A DNA stretch of 59,975 nt, the filler included. It is 4 parts of 4 records of this genome, joined end to end, with 100 filler letters (N's around TTAATTAATTAA, not from the genome) between each part and the next. Parts side by side here need not be neighbours in the genome. Positions count along the whole stretch, not along the records: positions 24,707 to 53,832 come from DRR378314_716; positions 53,933 to 59,975 come from DRR378314_738; 2 more parts are not named here. The stretch is one strand, 5' to 3'. This document shows, one piece after another, positions 51,939-59,975 of this stretch; position 1 is the first letter of the stretch, and each line of letters starts with the position of its first letter. Under the pieces are notes generated by a model, which was not told the origin of the DNA, ran no database searches, and saw only the letters and a program-made list of their open reading frames with translations. The translations under genes were made by a program, and so were the position numbers.

Positions 51939-52720
51939 GTGAAATCAAATTTGAATCTGTGGGCGTTACCATCAAGTCCAAGCCCATTCTTAAAGATATC
52001 TCCTTTGAACTTTCGGCACCATCGGTGATTGGTCTGGTTGGCCCGAACGGGGCCGGCAAATCCACCCTGCTGAAATGTCTGGCCAAAGTGCAGGATTATT
52101 CTGGCACGATCTGGCTGGACAGCGCACCGCACGCCACTCTCAATTCGGCGTATCTCGCCAGAAAAATTGCTTATATGCCGCAGGACCGAGTAGTGCACTG
52201 GAACCTTGGCATTCGGGAAATCGTTCGCTTAGGGCGGCTCCCCTATCATAACTGGCCGGGGGCTCATACGGATGAGGATAATCAGATAGTTGATCAGGCG
52301 CTTGCCGACATGGATGCCGCCGCCTTTGTCGATCGCACATTTCATACCCTTTCAGGGGGGGAGCAGGCCCGTGTCCTGATCGCCCGAATGCTGGCCCAAA
52401 CCCCGCAAATTTTATTGGCTGATGAGCCTGGCAACGGGCTGGACCCTGCCCATCAGATCAATTTGATGAAGCTGTTTCGAAACCGGGTAAAGTTTGGACA
52501 AACGGTTATCTTATCCTTGCATGACCTCTCCCAAGCCTACCGGTATTGCGATCGCATTCTGCTATTGAATGAAGGCCAGCTAGTGGCCGATGGCCCCCCT
52601 GCCGAAACCCTGACACCCGATCTTTGCAAGCAGGTCTACAATATCGAAGTCATGGAAATCGCAACGCCCGGAGGGCCCACCCTGCTGCCTATCGACAGCC
52701 TGAACAAGGATGTCTCATGA
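51935..52720 (+). CDS. btuD: Cobalamin ABC transporter ATPase
   Basis: GPNGAGKST, LSGGEQAR, ADEP, LHDL. Confidence 0.9.
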   Translation: MSEIKFESVGVTIKSKPILKDISFELSAPSVIGLVGPNGAGKSTLLKCLAKVQDYSGTIWLDSAPHATLNSAYLARKIAYMPQDRVVHWNLGIREIVRLGRLPYHNWPGAHTDEDNQIVDQALADMDAAAFVDRTFHTLSGGEQARVLIARMLAQTPQILLADEPGNGLDPAHQINLMKLFRNRVKFGQTVILSLHDLSQAYRYCDRILLLNEGQLVADGPPAETLTPDLCKQVYNIEVMEIATPGGPTLLPIDSLNKDVS

Positions 52721-53736
52721 CGAGCCTCTCCTTGCCCGATTTGTTAGCTACGCTCTTATCAGATCCCCATTGCGGGTGGAGCATTGGCTCCTTTGGCGCG
52801 ATTGGAGAGTTTCACCACTGTCCAGATGACCAAATTCTGATTAGTCAGCCGGATCATCTGCTCTGGGTGACCGAAAAGGGTGGCATTCGTCTGGACCCCG
52901 AAGCCCTGACACATGTGAAGCCGATTGCTTATGAAGGGTTAAGCGCGCGGCCCCACCGCTGGACACAAGGCATGTCCCTGTGCCTGACGGAAGGCCACGC
53001 CGTTCTGAACTGCCGCAAAGGCCTGACGGAGCTGGGCCCTGATACGGATGCCCTGCAAGACGGCAACCAGCAGGGTATCCTGTTTGATATGGGGCTGGAA
53101 CAGCAGCAGGTGGATTTTTGCATCCGCACGTCGGATGAACAGCTCCTTGCGATCTTGCGAAGCCATATCGGGTCCTGCATGACGGCGCCGGACAACCCGG
53201 CTATGAAGGCCATTTTGACAGCCCACCCCCACCGGATCGTCATTTCGCCCATTGGCCGGGTTGAAATTTATCAAAAAATTGGCGGCGAGGAAACAGGCGG
53301 TAAATCACCTGAAGGGCCGCACACTCACCTGCTTCCTAAACTCCTCAAAACCGGACGCACGCATTCGGCGAACACGCCCATTCCGGACGGACTGCTTCCC
53401 TGCTGCATTCTCCATCCTGCCAGTCCGGTCGCCGGACAGCTTGGCGAAGATATCCCCTTTGACAGCAAACGATTTGAAACTTTTCAATCCCTCCTCAGTC
53501 AGTATGGGCCAGCCTCTTACCTGCACACAAAAGCAGCCGTTCGCCGCGCCCTGGAAACCGGGCTTAATCCGGAAAAATTTGAGCTGCCATCCGGCCGACT
53601 GGCGCGAACGGCCCTTCGCAATACCCTGCGCCAGACCAAACGCCAATTGGATGCCCTCGCCCAATCCGACGTCGCACCCAACCTTCTGAAACTCTGGATC
53701 CAGCAGTTTGATCCAGCCCACGCCGACGCGGAATAA
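52717..53736 (+). CDS. Conserved-looking cytoplasmic protein of unknown function (339 aa)
   Basis: ATGA overlap with the btuD stop, AAGGA RBS; motifs WSIGSFGAIGEF, LTELGPD, LFDMGL, PHR, EGPHTHLLPKLL, THSA. Confidence 0.85.
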   Translation: MTSLSLPDLLATLLSDPHCGWSIGSFGAIGEFHHCPDDQILISQPDHLLWVTEKGGIRLDPEALTHVKPIAYEGLSARPHRWTQGMSLCLTEGHAVLNCRKGLTELGPDTDALQDGNQQGILFDMGLEQQQVDFCIRTSDEQLLAILRSHIGSCMTAPDNPAMKAILTAHPHRIVISPIGRVEIYQKIGGEETGGKSPEGPHTHLLPKLLKTGRTHSANTPIPDGLLPCCILHPASPVAGQLGEDIPFDSKRFETFQSLLSQYGPASYLHTKAAVRRALETGLNPEKFELPSGRLARTALRNTLRQTKRQLDALAQSDVAPNLLKLWIQQFDPAHADAE

Positions 53737-53832
53737 ATAATACTTATTCGATTTTTCTAATTAAATAACTTGAAGTTCTATGGGAGTGTTCCCACATGTG
53801 CAGCCTTGCGTAAGATGGGGGCGGCAGTCTCC

Positions 53833-53932
53833 NNNNNNNNNNNNNNNNNNNNNNNNNNNNNNNNNNNNNNNNNNNNTTAATTAATTAANNNNNNNNNNNN
53901 NNNNNNNNNNNNNNNNNNNNNNNNNNNNNNNN
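53833..53932. other. Artificial contig linker
   Basis: 44 N + TTAATTAATTAA + 44 N. Confidence 0.98.
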
Positions 53933-53934
53933 GC

Positions 53935-54066
53935 AGCCGCAGCCGCAGCCGCAGCCGCAGCCCGAGTCGCAGTCGCAGTCGCAGCCGCAGCGCAAGTCTG
54001 AGCCGCAGTCCCAGTCGCAGTTACAGCCGCAGTCCGAGCCGCAGCCGCAGCACGGCGCGCCGTTAG
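53935..54066 (+). CDS. C-terminal RS domain of an SR-related protein (5'-truncated)
   Basis: AGY-CGC hexamer repeat reads SRSRSRSRSPSRSRSRSRSASLSRSPSRSYSRSPSRSRSTARR-stop. Confidence 0.7.
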   Translation, partial: SRSRSRSRSPSRSRSRSRSASLSRSPSRSYSRSPSRSRSTARR

Positions 54067-54402
54067 CCGCTAGGGATAGTGCTTCGGTAATCTAGGCCGC
54101 GCATGCGGAATCGCTGTATCTACGACCCTCTCAGTGCTATTTGGGTACTTTGCTCTGTGAGGACATTGAGAAGCTGTGGCAGCGTATGCCGCTTGCGGAT
54201 TTGTTTGGTTGCCCGAGTGCCACCTCTGGCTTGTCAGCGGGAGTTGGAATCGGAACGCAGCGCGGTATCATGTATGTACTGCAGCCAGCAATGTTTTTTT
54301 CATCGGATCCTACGTGCTGGGTCCACTGATGCAAAATAAAGAGGCAAACAGTCGGAATTCTGTTCTTGTCGGCGCTTTTCGCTTCCCTCCCCAGAAACTA
54401 GG

Positions 54403-55135
54403 TCACTCTGTCGCGGGAATGAACAGTTCGTCCATTTTCTGCAGGCGCACGGGAAGGTCGGCGCATGGAGCCAGGTAAGTCCAATGGCAGCGCGCGTGCA
54501 TGCACCAATTGATATGTGGCACGTAGTAGGAGCGCGGTGGCGCAATGCAGGTATAGACTTCGTACCTTGGCAAGATCGACGTCCTTCTCAGACAGGCCTT
54601 GGCAGTCATGGGTTGTGAGCAGAACTTCAACGCGGTTGTACACATTGAACCACTCAGGGTGATGGCAGCGCTGTGTGACAACGTGGTCGTGGGTGAAACG
54701 AGCATGCGCGTGCAGCACGTTAGTCCGCTCCGACCAGTTTTTGGTGCATGTAAGCGCATCTTTATCGCTAAAAGCAAAGGACCATTCCTCGCTACCGCAC
54801 CGCAGCGGAAGAAGGGCGCAGCTCTTCAGCAGCAGCGACAACGGCAGCTCCGGAGAGACGCCGCGCTCACGCTCGTGACAGGTTGCGCGTGTTGCACGTA
54901 CCTCCTCAGCTTCAAAGGCTACGCGCGCCATCCACGCAAAAGCGTCACGGAAGTCCGCGAAATCGAACTTTTTGGTGATTGCATCACGTGAACTGTCGTA
55001 TTCCCATTTGCTGCCAGCAAGTTCAGCGAGCGCAGCTTCCTTTGCCTTTCCGCCAAGCTGCGACACACTTGCTCGGGCGATGGCGAACGGGCGTGAGCAG
55101 CTGCGAATGCTGCCTTGAAGTCGTGCAAGAACCAT
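54403..55135 (-). CDS. PCBD: Pterin-4-alpha-carbinolamine dehydratase with probable mitochondrial presequence; exons 55135-54902, 54670-54566, 54438-54403
   Basis: Spliced 124 aa: [40 protein letters not shown]...[30 protein letters not shown] and GTACGA donors. Confidence 0.92.
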
Positions 55136-55258
55136 ATTCCAAGTGTACAGCGGCGTGGAATGAAGTCTGCAGGAATGTTGATAGGAACGACAGCCGAGGT
55201 AGAAATATCGAATCCATTACATAAATAAAAACACGATAAATAAATCAATCAGCAGTGT

Positions 55259-57561
55259 ATGGAATGCCGAGCAACGCCCAAGCGACACACTGAGGTACCG
55301 AAGCGAAAAAACAAGGGAAACGCACGGACTGCAGTAGTGTCTGCGATCTCCTCCGCGCAGGTTCGCGCTTGCAAGTCAGGTCAACAGCCACCAAGAAAGA
55401 GCGATGTCTCCCCTTCCTCCATTCCAAAAGCAGCATGTAAAGCGTTCATGGGCAAGTCCGATGATAAAGGTGTCACTGTATTCCGCTCGGCATGCGAACG
55501 CTATGCCTCCGTCATCGCGAAAGAGAGCAGCGCTTCAGGTGCACAGGCGCTACGTCGAAACGTGTCGGTGGCTGGCTTCCCGCGCACGCTGTGCTTTGCT
55601 CCACCTTTAGCCCTGCACTACTCGCAACAAGGCAAATGGAGATCATTTCCTCTGCAGAGATCATATTACGTGGAATCCAGTACCTTTATCAATGCTAATG
55701 ACCGAATACAGTGTGGCTGGCAGTCAAAGCTGTACTCCCTGGTAGGAAGGGGTCCGAAAGAGACCTGTGCTATGCGTTACTTGAGCGCTTTGGAGCGCGA
55801 CCTTTCTCCAGGCGCTGGCTGCTTGGTTGTGAGGTAGGGTTACGAGCAAGGTCGTCGAAGTCAGTGCTACTGCCACGAACCTCGGATTGGCATGGTCAAA
55901 ATGCTTACAAAAGTGTCTGAGCAATTAAGGGTTTCTTATCTTTCCAATTCCTCTCCTATGCTCCTGCGAGCAGCGCGTACTTGTGGCGGTGGCACGCGGA
56001 ATGCGCGAGTCGTGACCGCACCATCATCGCGCTGCAGCGTCGAGAACTGCGGCTGACGCGCGCAGCCGCTGGGATCGTGCGGCGTGTGCGGAAGCCACAG
56101 CCGGCGCCCGGCCAGCAGGAGAAAGGTACAATACCTATGATATTCTTCTCTGTTCTTGCATGTGTGTGTGATTTTTTTTGCCTGAGTGGCGCAACATACT
56201 TGGGCGTCTCTCCGGCGACCAGGTGGAGGAGTGCGATTCGCGCACGGGCAGTGCTCGCCTGCTCAGCTTGCAGTGTGAGAGCGCGCAGCGACGCTTGGGG
56301 TGCATGGCACCCCTTGGTGCTCTGCGCGAAGCGCTCTTGTTGGCATGCTTCATCTTCATTTTGGGGAAGCGATCTGGGAACTTGCGCTCTTTTGTGATAA
56401 AAAGAAATCTTTACGTACATTGCGAGTTAAGTATTGGGAGAGGATTCGTTGGAATGTAGGTGTCAGTGTTTGCACAAGCTGGTTGCACGCGGTGGTGCGT
56501 GGACCGGGCCAGAGCTAGCTCACGCCGGAGCAGGCGCTCTTGGTGCTTGTATGGCTCCTGTGCTGCCGCTTCGGATGGAGCGGCAGTCAAGTTGACTGAG
56601 CCGATGCGATAGCGCGTGCGCCGCTTCGTTCTGCCCCTTTGCCACTGCCCGCGGCGGCGTGCACGCGCACTCACACTGCGGCGTGCTTGGGTCGTTTGCG
56701 CCCGCGTCGAGCATTCTCCCTACCCATCCCGCTTGTTCCATTTCACTGCCATTTGATTTTACTAAAGCGTATAGGATTACCCAAGTGCATAGTAGGAACG
56801 GGTAGGAGCTGGAGAAACGTTCCCAGAACCGGCGCGTACGGTGGGCGGACGCCGTCCCGCGGAGGGAGCTACGCTCCGTGCGTGCGCTCGCGGTGCCTCT
56901 TTCCCGGGGGCTCCGCGCTGGGCGGGCGGTTCGACAATCCGGTGTCGCTGCTGGCCGGCCTCGGTCGGCGAGCCAACGAAACGCACATCACCCCCCCCTG
57001 CCGGTGGATGGAATGCGCGTACTGTGCAACCGTGCATTGCATGCCATGCTGCTAGACAATCGTTCGCATAGAAAAGCATCGAAAGGGGCTTGCTGAAGAA
57101 GGCGCTCGCGCGCGCAAGGCGCACGTCGAGAACGCGCGCGGGTAGTGCTTGTGCGCGTGCTCTCCTGCTCGCGGTGGTTCCTGTCAGAGTTTGCAGCGAT
57201 GCGCGAGCGTAGGTGGAAGCGCCGCTTCGCGCCCTGCGTGGACTTCCGACACACATCTTGTACGAGCTCCTTATGCGCCGCTTCCTCTTACGCGGCATAT
57301 GTATGCGCTGCCGGGTTCGCTACATCTATCATTTGCAGGCAGTACTCTTCTCAGATCTCTCAGGCGCGGAACAACGATATTCGCTCGAAAATGCTGAATT
57401 CACACAGCACGAACGGGGGAGAGAGCTCGCAGTTCCCAGTGCTGCAGAGCCTCCGAGGTGCGTGCGCGGCGCCGCGTCCTTGTGCGCGCGGGCGGCGTCT
57501 CGCCCAGCTCGACGCGTTGCGCGAGCGTGTGCGCGCCGCACACGAACGAGGCGCGGACTGA
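55259..57561 (+). CDS. Possible multi-exon eukaryotic gene of unknown function; structure unresolved
   Basis: ATG divergent from PCBD and several plus-strand donor-like sites (GTACCG, GTAGGG, GTACAA, GTATGT-like, GTGCGT) bounding coding-looking blocks; no recognisable domain. Confidence 0.25.
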
Positions 57562-58508
57562 GCTCCCTTTTCCGCAGTTACAATATATTTCGGTTTAAAT
57601 ATGAGTTAACTGGTTCAAGGGAATAGGAAACGCGGCAGTATTAGCGCGCAAGGAGCTGAATTCCTCTCCCATGCGAGTTGCGCGCGTACGCAAAGAGCAA
57701 TACGCGCGCAGCGATTCGTGTTGCCGATGCACGCGCAGCCCGCGCAGCCCGCGAGAGGCGTAGCTACGGCTGCGGAGGCATTCTGCTGCTGCACGGATCG
57801 CTGCAACGCACAAACATGATGCTTTCATAGAAAAAAGCTTTCTTCATCCATAACGTCATCCTATAGGTGTGAAGTCTGTAGCACCTGCAGTGAAGCTTGG
57901 TGGTTCGCTCCTTCTCTAGCTGGCCTACTTGCTGTCCCGATCGTCGGCTGTAGCTCCGAAGAGGGCGAATGTGCGGTGCGAACCTTGCGGAGCACGCGCT
58001 CGCATGGTGGCGCGAGGGACCTCTGCCGGGCGAGCGAATGTCTCCCGAACTACCGATGCTGAACCTCGGAAAATAGTTAATACGGCACAGTTCACGTATT
58101 GTTAAGCTTGTTATACTTCTCGTTGTCAGGGTAAAAAGGAGCATACCCTTGTGCTGCGAAGTTGATCTTGTCTTTGATCCCTGCAGGACCGGCGCAGCTG
58201 GAAAGCTCGTGCGTGCTGGCTCCTGGGTGATTCTTTCGTCCGCGTTGTCCCACTCGTCTTCCCGCCGTCCGGATCTCGCAACCATACTTTTGGAATGTTT
58301 TCCTCCAATCGTTGCATAGAAATGCATCGTGCTACGCAAGGGGATGGCCAATGCCCTGCAGGAGGGGGTGTACGGCGTACGTGAGAGTTTTCTCTCTGCG
58401 TTTCCCTCTCCCTTTGCGCGTCCATCTCACGTCTGTCGCGCGCTGCCTGTGATCCCGTCTGCTTCTCCTCCGTTTGGCCCGTTGCCGCTGCGCGCTTCTC
58501 GTCAACAG

Positions 58509-59629
58509 ACGCTCCTCCGAGCGAGCGCCAGACGCTGTTCGTGAAGAAATTACAGCTATGCTCTCGGCGATTCGATTTCACAGATCCTAATTGTCCGCGG
58601 GTCCGTTTCCTCTTGCTCAGGTGGTCCTGTGCGCCCACTGTGCTGTGCAATCGGCGTTGTCCGCGAGCTCCCATGTGTATTAGATCACTGGGCGGTCAAC
58701 GCATCGATTCGAGACGTTTGACAGAGAGAAACTGCAGCGTTGGGTGCCGTGCGTGCGGACTGTAGACGCCGGTAGGAGGTTGCTCGCGATGCTCGTGCCA
58801 AAGGCTCCGTCCTTGCGTTTGAAAACCTTCATCCAAGTCACTTGAGTGCGTGCTGCGCTTCCGATTTTTGTGTGCCCGTGATTTTGCCGTACACCAGAGT
58901 GTCTGTACTTCAATGTTCATCGCTCCTTTAGCGAGATAATGTTAGCCGCGGTGTGCGACCCTTTTTTGTTTGTTGCGTTGGCCGAACGAATTGTGGTGCT
59001 GCGTTTACCTTCCGCGCCCGCAGGACGCCATCGAGGCAAAGCGACAAACATTGCTGGAACTGGTCGAATGGACCAAGACTGGCAAAAATATTTTCATCGA
59101 GCCAGTGTTGCGAGATGTTGTCGACATGATTCGGTACGATACGCTGTGTCTCTCACTCGCTGTGGAGGACGTTTGCGCCGCCGCGATGGTCGTTGTGGCG
59201 CGTTGGATACGGCCCTGTGTGAGGGCATTTGTTTGTCGTAAAGTTCAGGAGATTGGTACTCCGCTGTACCATAGCGCGAGCTTAGCACAGGTGATGCGAA
59301 ATCAGCTGGGGGGGGGAGGGCGGCTTTGTTCATCTAAATAGAAGCATGTATGCATCCATCCGTACGGGTGGTGACGAATAGGCTGTTTCTTGCTTCTTGC
59401 GATTTTTGTTGCGTGGGACAGGTCCAATCTTGCCCGGCCGCTCCCGTCATCGATCTCGGCGGAAAAATCCTCGTTTGATCCCGAGGAAGACGAGCCAACG
59501 CTGGAGCCTGCCTGGGAGCATTTGCAGCATGTTTATGAATTTTTCCTTACTTTCATAATCTCTGGAGATTGCGACGCTAAAATTCTCAAGCGATATGTGG
59601 ATCAGAAGTTTGTGCTCAAAATCTTGGAC
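58509..59629 (+). CDS. PP2A regulatory subunit B' (B56), internal exons 58509-58600, 59024-59133, 59422-59629; continues beyond window
   Basis: [33 protein letters not shown]...|SNLARPLP...[25 protein letters not shown]; phases consistent. Confidence 0.93.
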
Positions 59630-59975
59630 GTACGTTTCGTGGGCATGTTGCGTCGTTGGTGTCAAGTTTGGCAACAAATGGTGTACATCATCATGAAGGA
59701 GGTGCTCTTGAGCGTTGTGCATGATCGTAGCGCGCGCACTACGTGTCTTTTTATCTATTCTTTGGCGGTGGGGGGTTTCTGTTCCTCTCGGCACAGCTGT
59801 GCGTCGCAAGCTGTTTCCGTTGGATAACGCTTGGTGTGTTGCACTTTCAGTGCTTTCTTGAGCCACCCAAGGGCCGTTCAATACTTTGGTTGTACTCCGT
59901 TATTCTTACGTATGCTCGCAGTTCACGGGCGTAGCGAACGAGGCTTGGTTTGCCCAGCATCTACTTTTCCCCAGT

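Noticed and set aside
53780-53832. GC-rich contig end resembling a B12-box fragment on the minus strand (GGAGACTGCC)
   Set aside because: Does not match GGAGACCTGCC, has no other riboswitch elements and is truncated; could be half of a hairpin or repeat.
55980-56370. Minus-strand spliced reading RIALLHLVAGETPK|YCTFLLLAGRRLWLPH, faintly like a GT6 glycosyltransferase N-terminus
   Set aside because: No downstream DxD-containing exon could be built, and plus-strand splice signals compete for the same region.
1-59975. CRISPR arrays, integrases, transposases, rRNA or phage genes
   Set aside because: No regularly spaced direct repeats or recognisable motifs for these were seen on either strand.

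Overview
This window is not one genome. It is four contigs joined by identical artificial 100-nt spacers (44 N + TTAATTAATTAA + 44 N) at 12573-12672, 24607-24706 and 53833-53932. (A) 1-12572 is intron-rich, GC-rich protist-type eukaryotic DNA. It holds an 8-exon LRR/LRRcap gene with a chromo-like C-terminus, an MDR quinone-oxidoreductase-like gene, and a GCN5-like acetyltransferase + Tudor-like + C2H2 gene. (B) 12673-24606 is Rhodobacteraceae/Roseobacter-like DNA: a partial tRNA-Arg, ycbK, an L,D-transpeptidase-lpxD-ACP-ketosynthase cluster, ialB, a candidate sRNA pair, a DUF853 ATPase and livGFHM. (C) 24707-53832 is a second, lower-GC marine alphaproteobacterium (Sneathiella/Kiloniella-like by inference). 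It holds a cadherin-type adhesin start, a two-ABC type I secretion system, RidA, DUF1330, DUF1989, a VPLPA-CTERM protein, a chemoreceptor, an ArsR-NIPSNAP-ABM module, a sulfotransferase, ectR-ectABCD-ask, a hybrid kinase, a cupin, and a cobalamin riboswitch controlling btuBFCD plus an uncharacterised gene. (D) 53933-59975 is eukaryotic again: an RS-domain tail, a 3-exon PCBD gene and PP2A B56 exons. The best candidates for new biology are: an anti-SD sRNA with an adjacent complementary terminated RNA (possible sponge); an unknown protein translationally coupled to the B12 importer; a dedicated ACP + ketosynthase beside lpxD (possible 3-oxoacyl lipid A route); and the GCN5-Tudor-C2H2 fusion. 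All family assignments come from motif recognition, not database searches.
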